A DNA stretch of 32,378 nucleotides from positions 1 to 32,378 of the forward strand of contig JBFHGY010000001.1 of the NCBI GenBank assembly GCA_041582905.1. Reading direction: 5' to 3'. A model generated the notes under the pieces. It worked only from the letters and a program-made list of their open reading frames with translations, made no database searches and was not told the origin of the DNA. Positions 24,354-32,378 of the stretch are shown piece by piece. This stretch comes from Crocinitomicaceae bacterium (GTDB taxonomy: Bacteria > Bacteroidota > Bacteroidia > Flavobacteriales_D > Crocinitomicaceae). A program made the translations under genes and the position numbers. Every line of letters begins with the position of its first letter. The first letter of the stretch is position 1.

Positions 24354-26317
24354 TTTTCTTCTAATTCAGTTTTTCTAAGGGAGAGGTTAATCCTAAACGT
24401 GGTTCCTCGGGGATTTGTATCTAATTGAACTTTTCCATTCAGAAATTCGATCCGCTCGTGAATATTTCGAATACCATTTCCGGATGAATTTACATCAAAT
24501 CCTATTCCATAATCGCGGATCAAAACAGATAAGTGAAGACCATTTTTCTCGAAGATTAAGTCCATTTTTTCCGTTTGACTATACTTGATGGCATTGTTAC
24601 AGATTTCTTGAATCACCCTAAAAAGGACAAGTTCACGTTCTGATTCCAGGAAAACATGTTCATCTTCGGAGTTAAATTCCACATGAAACAGGATGGGAAT
24701 GGAGGCACTTAAATCCTCGATGTAGTCCTCGATAATATGTTGAAATGGATTCTTCTGATCGTATTTTATGAGTGAAAGGTTGTGAGAAATATCTCGGACT
24801 TCAAGATTAAGATTATCCAATCGTTCAGCAACATTTTCTCGCCAGTTATGTTCGGTGGCCCGATCGCTATTCTTGACCAATCGTGAAATGGTGGAAATTT
24901 GAGAGCAAACACCGTCGTGTAAATCCATGGAGATTCGCGTACGTTCACGCTCTTCGCCCAACACTTGATGAATAATTTTGGTTTTATTCTTTTGGTGTCG
25001 GGTATGATTGATGTAAAACGCCCCAATGGATAAGGTAAGAAGAAGCAAAATCACAATGATTTGCCATTGCCTGCGGTATTTCTCCTTCGATTGAGCTTCC
25101 ACAATTTTCTCTTTTTTGAGGAGGTCAATTGTTTTATCCTTCAGTTCGCCTTCGTACTTAGCAGTGGCCTGAGCAATCGTTTTAACGTGTTGCACTTTTT
25201 GTACACTATCGCTGAGAGCTGTGTAATGTTCGTGCCACTTCAATGCTTCGTTGTACATCCCCTTCTTCTTGTAAAGCTCATACAGATAGCGTGAATTGGT
25301 CACGAGCAAAGAAGGAGTTCGTTTCTTGAAGAGCTCATCACTCTGGAGTAATAAGTTTTCGGCTTCATCCAATCGATTTTGTTCGAGATAAACAGAACCC
25401 AAAGAATGCATTGCGTAGCTCTTGGTGAAATAATCATTGTATTGATCACCTAATTGAATGGCTTTTTTGAGATACAATTCGGCAGAATCCAACTCCTTCG
25501 TACTCTTGTAAAAATCCCCAAAGGCATTAAATAGCCCCATCTGTGAAATCACTTGATTACTCTTATTCGTAATTTTTGGGACGAAATTCTTGGCATTGTC
25601 CAGATAATATCGTGCTTTCGTCCATTCACGCATTTTTCGTGAGTTATCTGCAAGATTTTGATAACAACAAGATACCATAAAGGGTAGGTTTTGATGTATC
25701 GATTGATCAAGACATTTGAGATAGTATTCGGACGATTTCTGATAATTCTGAGATTCAGAGTACGTCACAGCAATTCCCCAGTACAGATTCGTATGTGCTG
25801 TGCTGTATGGTTCTTTGATCTTCTTTAGAAGTTTTAACGCATCCTGATAAATGGATTGAGCCTCAACCAATTCGGCTTTAGCAAGATGGCTTCGAGCAAT
25901 AAAATCTAATAAGTTGATTTGTTCTTCGACATTCACAGGAAGATTGTGCAGAACGGAATAGGATAGTTTCTTCGATTCTTCGAGGTCGGATTGAGCATCA
26001 GAAATAATGTAGATTTTTTGGATCGTTAGTTCGATTTCGGCGCGGGAGTTGTTGCTTTTACGAACTTCTTGAATTGTCTGGTCGATAAGTGAAATGATCT
26101 CTTCGGGGTAAAAGTACCCCAACTTTCTACAGTCTGAAATGATGGCTTTGGTCCGCTTGGATTCACTGAGTTTTTCATAAGAAGCCTCCAAACTATCGAT
26201 TAATTCTTGATTGAAGGCATCAGATGGAACTGTTTCCTTTATGCTGGAATGAGTCCGTCCATACTGCGAAACGAGTAAAAAAAGAACGAATGAAACAAGT
26301 CTGAGAATAAATGGCAT
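24350..26317 (-). CDS. TPR-repeat sensor histidine kinase (HisKA_3/NarX-like)
   Basis: Signal/anchor, long TPR-like region, TM WQIIVILLLLTLSIGAFYI, H-box ERTRISMDLHDGVCSQ, ATPase motifs EICNNAIKY...DYGIGF...GNGIRNI. Confidence 0.88.
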   Translation of the reverse strand: MPFILRLVSFVLFLLVSQYGRTHSSIKETVPSDAFNQELIDSLEASYEKLSESKRTKAIISDCRKLGYFYPEEIISLIDQTIQEVRKSNNSRAEIELTIQKIYIISDAQSDLEESKKLSYSVLHNLPVNVEEQINLLDFIARSHLAKAELVEAQSIYQDALKLLKKIKEPYSTAHTNLYWGIAVTYSESQNYQKSSEYYLKCLDQSIHQNLPFMVSCCYQNLADNSRKMREWTKARYYLDNAKNFVPKITNKSNQVISQMGLFNAFGDFYKSTKELDSAELYLKKAIQLGDQYNDYFTKSYAMHSLGSVYLEQNRLDEAENLLLQSDELFKKRTPSLLVTNSRYLYELYKKKGMYNEALKWHEHYTALSDSVQKVQHVKTIAQATAKYEGELKDKTIDLLKKEKIVEAQSKEKYRRQWQIIVILLLLTLSIGAFYINHTRHQKNKTKIIHQVLGEERERTRISMDLHDGVCSQISTISRLVKNSDRATEHNWRENVAERLDNLNLEVRDISHNLSLIKYDQKNPFQHIIEDYIEDLSASIPILFHVEFNSEDEHVFLESERELVLFRVIQEICNNAIKYSQTEKMDLIFEKNGLHLSVLIRDYGIGFDVNSSGNGIRNIHERIEFLNGKVQLDTNPRGTTFRINLSLRKTELEEK

Positions 26318-26419
26318 TTGGCAAGTATTAAGTTGAAACGCTGCGGTTTGTAAAAGTAATGAATCAACGCAGATTGGTGTTTTACAAAAAATAAGCCAAG
26401 CCTGAAATGCTGTTATTTA

Positions 26420-29398
26420 ATGAGCGAATCTGTTAAAAAAAAGAAGAACAACGTTATTCGTCCAATTAATTCTTCTACATTCGAATGTATGAGGTGGTGC
26501 ACACTCTTTTTCATTTTTTTTGGTGGTTTCTTGTCGTTAGGGCAGAGTCTACAGTCGTTCTCCATTGGAGAAAGCGAACTGGCAAATGTAGATGTTTACA
26601 GCGTGTACTACGACGATTCAACAGATGTGCTTTTTGCCAGTACCGACAGAGGGCTGTACTCATACCGACAAAATAAATTTGTTCAGCATCGGGGAGATTC
26701 TCGACAGATTGGAAACTCACTGTTTCAACTCAAGAAAGATCGAAGAGGAAGATTGTTTTGCTGTAATTTGGTTGGGCAAATATTTCAAGTACATAAGGAT
26801 AGGATAGAGTTGTTTTACGAACTTCCCAGAGATTCTTCTGTAGTTCAATTTAGGTTTTATTTCGACCAGCAGAACAATTTAGTTCTTAATACCCTAGATA
26901 AGGTAATGAGAGTTGATTCGTCTGGAAATGAGTCTCTTTTGTACAGCACCTGGGACTTCAGTGTAGGCCGTCGCTCGTCCAATGGAGCGAAACTTATTTC
27001 TCAAAGCTCTCAGGTAGGAGATCGTATTTATTTTATTCTGAGAGGTCGTAATAAATACCTTGTCTATGATGGTGACTCTGTTCAAATTGAGTATTTGCCC
27101 CGAACTCACAAAACCTTTGAGCATCCTATTTTTGGAATAAATAATGTTCTCTACTATGTTGCGGATGAACGATGTTGGCGCTTGGATGGTAAAGAAATGA
27201 GTGCGTCCCTTTCTATTAGTAAAGTCAATTCGCTTTATCAATTAGATGCCTCAACAGTTGTTACTATTGGTGCGTTTGAGTCCTTTGGTTATTTATTTCA
27301 CGAGGATCCTAACAATTTGATCAAATGGCGCTATGAATCCAATCAGTTTTATTCCGCAGTATGCAAAAACAAGAAGGGAACGCTTTTCTTAGGAACCTTC
27401 AAGGAAGGCGTTTTTGTGGTTCCGAATCCGCGCATTCAAAAGTATACAACAACTAAATCCTTGGTCGGAATAACTGTATCAGAGGACAACAATGTTTTTA
27501 CATCTAATCTTCAGAAAGAAGTACAAAAGAACCAAGAACCACGAATTGAGTACACTCACTATAACCTTGATAATCTATTTTATTTAGAAGGGAACTATTT
27601 GTTTAGGAATCATCCGATTCATGGAACGTTTTACGGTTATGGGGATCAACACGTGTGGAGAGGGGTTTGGACCAATTTAAAAGACGTAGAGGAGCACATC
27701 AATAAAATAGTTCTGGCCATTGATCACGCCGGTATTCTGGTAGTGCTTCCATCAAAGCAAGCTGACATCAATGAAGGTTTTGCAGAAAAGTTGAGCGCAA
27801 CGAATTACAGAATCCATATTCCAAGTAGAGGAAAGGCAGTTACCTTTATTGATGAAACAAATAGCGTATACTTTTCAACCAGTGCAGGATTGTACAAGAA
27901 AGAATGGAATGCTTCGGAACAAGAAGAAATCCGTTTCCAGAATACTACCATCTTGGCAAACGACTTGTCGCATTATGAGGGATTACTCATTGTTGCGACG
28001 GAATCCTCAGGCTTGTTGTTTTATGACGACACGAAGTATGAATATCAAATTTCGAAGCAGCATGGATTAAAATCGAACGTAGTTACAAAAGTGGAGCGCC
28101 ATAACGACCTACTTTTTATTCAAACGATTGAGGGGTTTCAGGTGTTTAATTTAAAGAAAGGAAAGTTCATTCATTTAGGGATTTCGGAAGGGATTATGAC
28201 AGATAAAGTCATCAACTTTGCGCACAATCGTGAGTTTCTGTGGTTCCTGGAGAAGAATGGATTTTATCACATTCCGATTCAGATGTTAAGCGATATTCCG
28301 GCACCTGACAACACGGGTTATTTCGACTTCGATTCAATTGTAGTGAAAGGAATCAACGTGTTAGAACAAACCGAAACCATCCTCTCACATGATCAAAACG
28401 CCATTAAGTTCCATTTTGATTTTCGAAACATTGAACAGAAAAATGAGACAAGGATTTTGTACAAACTCGTTGGATTAAATAACGATTGGATTGAAATTTC
28501 GGCCAATGAAAACAATGTTCATTTTCTGTCTTTACCACCGGGAGAATATACCTTTAAAATGAAAACGGTGTACAGAAATGTGGAATCGGAGGAACGAACA
28601 TTTCCATTCACCATTCGTCCACCGTTTTGGGAAACAGGTTGGTTTTTTACATTGTGTGTTTTGCTGATCGTAGGTGTGACATTCTTGATTTTTTATCTGC
28701 GATATCGTTCACTGAGAAAAAAGAAAGAGACGGAACTGCAGCATCGAAAAATGCATTTGGATATACTCGAAGCCAAACTGGGAACGATCCGCTCCCAAAT
28801 GAACCCACATTTTATTTTTAATGCATTGAACTCCATTCAGGCTTTGGTGCTGGAAGAAAACGTATCCCAATCGTATGACTATATCGAAATGTTTGGGAGC
28901 CTTGTCCGAAAAACGTTGAACTACTCCGAAACGGATTTCATTGATCTTCAAGATGAGATTAACTTTTTGGAGATCTACTTAAAATTGGAGTCATTGCGCT
29001 TTAAGAAGGATTTCGATTACACGATTACAAATGATGTTGAAGATCATGTTTTGGTTCCCACATTGCTCGTACAACCCTTTTTGGAAAACGCCATTCATCA
29101 CGGACTTTTGCATAAGAAAGGGAAGAAAACCCTTCATGTTCGTTTCTTTGAGCACAAAGACACCATTAACTGTACAGTGAATGACAATGGTGTTGGGCGG
29201 GCCGCGTCGAAGTTAATTAATGCCAAACGTTTGCAAGCGGAGTCATTTTCACTCAAAGCAATCAAAAGCCGAATGAGTTTGATGAATCAACAAGAAGGAA
29301 AAGGTTTTGGGTATGCCATTGAAGATTTGTTTGATGATGATGGGAATGCCGCAGGAACACGGATTACAATTCATTTCCCCAAAAAGCAAGTTTTCTAA
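26420..29398 (+). CDS. Sensor histidine kinase, LytS/YehU type, with periplasmic propeller and Y_Y_Y-like domains
   Basis: The ~650-aa N-terminal region looks beta-propeller-like. ILYKLVGLNNDWIEI...PPGEYTFKMK is Y_Y_Y-like. TM WFFTLCVLLIVGVTFLIFYL. QMNPHFIFNALNSI (His_kinase family). LLVQPFLENAIHHG. Alternative start ATG 26489 (MRWCTLFF...). Confidence 0.88.
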   Translation: MSESVKKKKNNVIRPINSSTFECMRWCTLFFIFFGGFLSLGQSLQSFSIGESELANVDVYSVYYDDSTDVLFASTDRGLYSYRQNKFVQHRGDSRQIGNSLFQLKKDRRGRLFCCNLVGQIFQVHKDRIELFYELPRDSSVVQFRFYFDQQNNLVLNTLDKVMRVDSSGNESLLYSTWDFSVGRRSSNGAKLISQSSQVGDRIYFILRGRNKYLVYDGDSVQIEYLPRTHKTFEHPIFGINNVLYYVADERCWRLDGKEMSASLSISKVNSLYQLDASTVVTIGAFESFGYLFHEDPNNLIKWRYESNQFYSAVCKNKKGTLFLGTFKEGVFVVPNPRIQKYTTTKSLVGITVSEDNNVFTSNLQKEVQKNQEPRIEYTHYNLDNLFYLEGNYLFRNHPIHGTFYGYGDQHVWRGVWTNLKDVEEHINKIVLAIDHAGILVVLPSKQADINEGFAEKLSATNYRIHIPSRGKAVTFIDETNSVYFSTSAGLYKKEWNASEQEEIRFQNTTILANDLSHYEGLLIVATESSGLLFYDDTKYEYQISKQHGLKSNVVTKVERHNDLLFIQTIEGFQVFNLKKGKFIHLGISEGIMTDKVINFAHNREFLWFLEKNGFYHIPIQMLSDIPAPDNTGYFDFDSIVVKGINVLEQTETILSHDQNAIKFHFDFRNIEQKNETRILYKLVGLNNDWIEISANENNVHFLSLPPGEYTFKMKTVYRNVESEERTFPFTIRPPFWETGWFFTLCVLLIVGVTFLIFYLRYRSLRKKKETELQHRKMHLDILEAKLGTIRSQMNPHFIFNALNSIQALVLEENVSQSYDYIEMFGSLVRKTLNYSETDFIDLQDEINFLEIYLKLESLRFKKDFDYTITNDVEDHVLVPTLLVQPFLENAIHHGLLHKKGKKTLHVRFFEHKDTINCTVNDNGVGRAASKLINAKRLQAESFSLKAIKSRMSLMNQQEGKGFGYAIEDLFDDDGNAAGTRITIHFPKKQVF

Positions 29399-29472
29399 AT
29401 TTCATACAGTGAAAGGAGGATTTCATACATCACATGACCACTCGAACTTCAGCAATCCTATAACTTTAGCAC

Positions 29473-30216
29473 ATGGAGCCAATTAGAGCAATTATTGTAG
29501 ATGACGAAGAAGATGCACGAAAAGTACTTAAGAAGTTGATTCAAATTTCGAATCTACCTGTTGAAGTAATTTCCATGTGTGAAGATTTGGAAGAAGCAGT
29601 GGAATCGATTCGTGCACAACAGCCTGATGTGGTTTTTTTGGATGTGCACATGCCAAAATATGCCGGATATGAGATCATCGATTTTTTTGATGAAATTACA
29701 TTTGAAATCGTCTTCGTTACAGCATACGATGATTACGCTCTGAAGGCATTTGAATTAAGCGCAATCGATTATGTACTAAAGCCCGTCAATCGATTTAGTT
29801 TGAATGAAACACTTCAAAAAATTGTCAACTCGGTGAAAACGAAGCAAGCAGCAAAAGAGTTTGCCGTGCTACGTGAAGCTGTTGAAAGCAGGAAGTTTGA
29901 TAAAATAGTTATCCCAGAAATTGGAGGAAATCTCGTGCTCCAACTACAGAATATTATCAGCATCAAGGGAGATGGAAATTATTCAGTGATTAGTTTGGTA
30001 GGAGGCACGAAATACACCGTGAGTAAAAACCTAAAGTATTTTGAACAGGTGATCGAAGGAGGCAGTTTTTTCCGAACTCAAAAATCGTGGATTATCAATA
30101 TGGATCACCTGAAGCGGTTTAACTCTAATACAGGAGAAATTCTATTGACGGATGACTTGAAAGCCAAACTTTCTCCGCATCGAGCAGATGAATTCAAAAA
30201 ACAGTTGAATCTCTGA
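29473..30216 (+). CDS. LytTR-family response regulator (REC + LytTR DNA-binding domain)
   Basis: IRAIIVDDE...DVVFLDVHMPKYAGYE...VFVTAYDDYALKAFE, then ...I..IKGDGNYSVI...SKNLKYFE...FFRTQKSWIINMDHL. Confidence 0.9.
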   Translation: MEPIRAIIVDDEEDARKVLKKLIQISNLPVEVISMCEDLEEAVESIRAQQPDVVFLDVHMPKYAGYEIIDFFDEITFEIVFVTAYDDYALKAFELSAIDYVLKPVNRFSLNETLQKIVNSVKTKQAAKEFAVLREAVESRKFDKIVIPEIGGNLVLQLQNIISIKGDGNYSVISLVGGTKYTVSKNLKYFEQVIEGGSFFRTQKSWIINMDHLKRFNSNTGEILLTDDLKAKLSPHRADEFKKQLNL

Positions 30217-30234
30217 TAAAAGAAAAGCCTGAAA

Positions 30235-30264
30235 GAGAATGAACAATAGGTATGGTCCATTCTC
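30235..30264. terminator. Hairpin between convergent genes
   Basis: GAGAATG (30235-30241) pairs with CATTCTC (30258-30264). On the minus strand it is followed by the T-rich CTTTCAGGCTTTTCTTTT, so it fits better as the terminator of the 30283..31773 gene. Confidence 0.45.
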
Positions 30265-30282
30265 CCTCAAACATAAAATGGG

Positions 30283-31773
30283 TTAAAGTGTTACGGCCTT
30301 GACTTCTTGATGTATTGTTCCTTCATTTCCAGCATTTCCCCAAGATCCATGATTTCCATCCGATCCGTATGAGCATGAAAAACAGGTTCCTTTCGTTCCT
30401 CCTGCTCCTCCAGCACCGCCAGATACACTGCATTGAATAGGAACAGTTGTAGCGGATGGATCAACATATACTTTGATGGAACCACCATCACCACCGTCGC
30501 CTCCAGGTCCACCATCTTCAGGACTTACGTATCCGTCGTTTGCTGTTCGATCATGCCCAGGACCACCATCTCCTCCGCTACCTCCAACAGAACTGATGTA
30601 GAAAGTTCCACCTTTGGCAATTTTGTACAATTTTCCACGTGAGCTTCCTTCGAGCCCTACTCGGCATGCGTAGATTGTTTCTCCTGTTTCGGAATGTTTC
30701 ACCGCTTTTACTTTTGCGACAATATCGGGACCATCGCTACCGTTACCTCCGAAACCGCTGTAGTTACTTGAGGAGCTTCCCATGCTTCCGCTGTAAAAGG
30801 CGTGTGCTTCCATGCCATATTCAATAGGAAGTTTAATGGTACACTCTCCCGATCCAGAATACTTCGGACGAACTTTAACCAGAACGAAGTCTTTATTTGC
30901 GTCCGATCCATTGGCGGTAAGGTAAGCGCTGGTTTTGGGATTGGCACCATACGATCCAGGTACATAATTGGTACCTACACCTGAAAGATCCGAATTCACA
31001 CTTTCCACTTCTAAATCTTCCACGTATGCATGTCCGCCTACGTTGGATGTTTTTAACACGCTACCATCAGCAAGTGTTACCTCGAAACCTACTTGGATTT
31101 TCTCTTCGAAATTGATTTTAGAAGGAGTTCCATTTGGGAAAACGGGGCGGATTGAAGTAACCTCTTTACCTTCTAAAGTATATTGTTTTCTGTGCGCAAT
31201 TTCCTCTTCTTTGACACGGTCGCGGTCCTCTTCAATTTGTCCTTTTCCATAATCTCGATACGCTTGAATTTCTGCTTTTAGTTCGCTGACTTTCTTTTTG
31301 GAATTCAAACTCCAGTTGATGACGTCCACTTCATATTTAGAGTTACACGAATAATGAACGATCATTTCTTCAGTGAAGTACAGACAATTGTTGTTGTTCT
31401 GAACAAAAGCACACACGAATTCAGAACCTCCAAAGCTATATGGATTGTATTTTTCAGATTCCATATCGTAAGCCGATCCTTCGCCAAGTCGAACGGTGAT
31501 AACCTCGCCGTTTTCATCTTTTATTATTCGGATGTACCGAGTCCCTTCGCGCATCATGCGTGGACCTTCTTGGTCGAAGTACGTATATTCTCCGCTATCC
31601 CAATTTTTGGCTAATGCTCGTTGTCCTTCTGAGGGCATTTCGGCAGTACTGTTTGATCCTCCGGTGAGCTGTTCCTTTCTTTGCTTAATGAGTTCGCGAA
31701 CAGTTTGAGATTGGGAGAAAAAAGAGGGAGATATGATGGCGACCATCAGAATCATTTTTGCTAGTGTTTTCAT
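30283..31773 (-). CDS. Secreted hypothetical protein with Gly-rich C-terminal ~100 aa
   Basis: Signal peptide MKTLAKMILMVAIISPSFFSQSQ, a central charged helix (EDRDRVKEEEIAHRK), and a C-terminus GGSGGDGGPGHD...DGGPGGDGGDGGS...SGGAGGAGGTKG...GSWGNAGNEG. No T9SS tail seen. Confidence 0.8.
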   Translation of the reverse strand: MKTLAKMILMVAIISPSFFSQSQTVRELIKQRKEQLTGGSNSTAEMPSEGQRALAKNWDSGEYTYFDQEGPRMMREGTRYIRIIKDENGEVITVRLGEGSAYDMESEKYNPYSFGGSEFVCAFVQNNNNCLYFTEEMIVHYSCNSKYEVDVINWSLNSKKKVSELKAEIQAYRDYGKGQIEEDRDRVKEEEIAHRKQYTLEGKEVTSIRPVFPNGTPSKINFEEKIQVGFEVTLADGSVLKTSNVGGHAYVEDLEVESVNSDLSGVGTNYVPGSYGANPKTSAYLTANGSDANKDFVLVKVRPKYSGSGECTIKLPIEYGMEAHAFYSGSMGSSSSNYSGFGGNGSDGPDIVAKVKAVKHSETGETIYACRVGLEGSSRGKLYKIAKGGTFYISSVGGSGGDGGPGHDRTANDGYVSPEDGGPGGDGGDGGSIKVYVDPSATTVPIQCSVSGGAGGAGGTKGTCFSCSYGSDGNHGSWGNAGNEGTIHQEVKAVTL

Positions 31774-32056
31774 GTCTTGAGTTAAAAAGTAAGTGAGTTA
31801 TTATTAAGGTACATTCAACCTTCATGTACGTCCGTAGATGGAATCAAAAATAGGACCTCCCTTCGCCACAGAACAAGTTGAATTCTTCAAATGATGCTTT
31901 GAGTTCACAAAATTGTTTGACGGTCAATCTTCGTGGAGATACTTGAAAAAAGTGAGATTTTGTACAGCGAAGTGTGTATTTCAAGAGGTGAGAGTAGTTG
32001 AAATAAAATAATTCGTGGAGAACAAAGTTGAATCATTGAATATTAAAAACCACATT

Positions 32057-32236
32057 ATGAAGTATGTACTTTCCCTTTGTTTTTTATCCCTTTTATGTGC
32101 TTGTACACGAGAAAAGGCAGTTTGTGTTGCCAAATCCGTTGACGGTACAGAAATGTATGTTGTTGAGGGAGATGATGTCTGTGAAGATCAAATTTCGCAG
32201 GAAAATGGTGAATATTGCGAATGTAACTGGCGTTAA
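32057..32236 (+). CDS. Small Cys-rich lipoprotein (59 aa)
   Basis: MKYVLSLCFLSLLCACTREK has a clean lipobox. The mature ~43 aa are acidic with 5 further Cys (CVAKS..DDVCED..EYCECNWR). The track ORF starts at 32015. ATG 32057 gives the signal peptide. Confidence 0.6.
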   Translation: MKYVLSLCFLSLLCACTREKAVCVAKSVDGTEMYVVEGDDVCEDQISQENGEYCECNWR

Positions 32237-32270
32237 TGGGGGTATAGTAGTTTTTTTAAACAATGGATAC

Positions 32271-32302
32271 AAAAATAAGCCAACACAAAAGTGCTGGCTT
32301 AT
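32271..32302 (-). terminator. Intrinsic terminator, minus-strand orientation
   Basis: Stem 32275-32286 pairs with 32291-32302 (ATAAGCCAACAC/GTGCTGGCTTAT, 1 mismatch), loop AAAA. On the minus strand it is followed by TTTTTGT. This suggests a convergent gene entering from the right edge. Confidence 0.5.
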
Positions 32303-32378
32303 CAACAAACTATAACCTAAACCTAACCTAGTTATTATAATCCTCCTCCACAGGCTTTGTACAAGTTCACGATGGATA

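Noticed and set aside
30286-30585. Gly-rich region as RTX calcium-binding repeats or a collagen-like triple helix
   Set aside because: No regular GGxGxDxUx nonamer register and no sustained GXY periodicity. Kept only as an unexplained low-complexity region.
32093-32378. Minus-strand reading frames open to the right edge: the track ORF 32093..32308 extended to 32378, and a second frame ending at TAA 32335-32337 (...SIVNLYKACGGGL)
   Set aside because: The long frame is antisense to a well-formed lipoprotein ORF, runs through a terminator hairpin and has junk-like composition. The 14-codon fragment is too short to call, although the minus-oriented terminator at 32271-32302 suggests some gene ends near here.

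Overview
The window looks like an accessory region of a Bacteroidota (Flavobacteriia-like) chromosome. Support for that placement: at least five proteins end in T9SS type-A C-terminal sorting domains, several have lipoprotein signal peptides, there are no Shine-Dalgarno sites, and the regulator types fit (TPR histidine kinase, LytS/Y_Y_Y kinase). I saw no rRNA, tRNA, CRISPR array, transposase or integrase. Layout: (i) 1-11.66 kb is a nine-gene plus-strand copper/heavy-metal module: two small Cys-rich HYC_CC_PP-like proteins, a T9SS cargo protein, two adjacent multicopper-oxidase-like proteins, CusA/CusC/CusB-like RND efflux components and an HMA-domain lipoprotein. It contains no regulator or P-type ATPase and is bracketed by copies of an unclassified ~70-80 nt repeat. 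(ii) 11.66-13.65 kb is a minus-strand orphan cassette of two paralogous cupin-like/HEAT-like proteins, preceded by a hairpin and a possible 38-aa peptide ORF. (iii) 13.9-17.8 kb is an ECF sigma module (lipoprotein, sigma, membrane-anchored beta-barrel protein). The same ECF-type promoter motif also sits in front of a neighbouring duplicated-domain lipoprotein gene. (iv) 17.9-26.3 kb is a minus-strand block: a TPR-HK/LuxR-type two-component system followed by three T9SS cargo genes, one a large LRR protein. (v) 26.4-30.2 kb is a propeller/Y_Y_Y LytS-type kinase plus a LytTR regulator. (vi) Last come a Gly-rich secreted orphan and a tiny Cys-rich lipoprotein. The best candidates for undescribed biology are the peptide/cupin-HEAT cassette, the apparently complementary (split) multicopper oxidase pair, the HYC_CC_PP-like proteins next to the pump, and the repeat-bracketed island. 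All functional calls come from reading motifs by eye. No database search was run.
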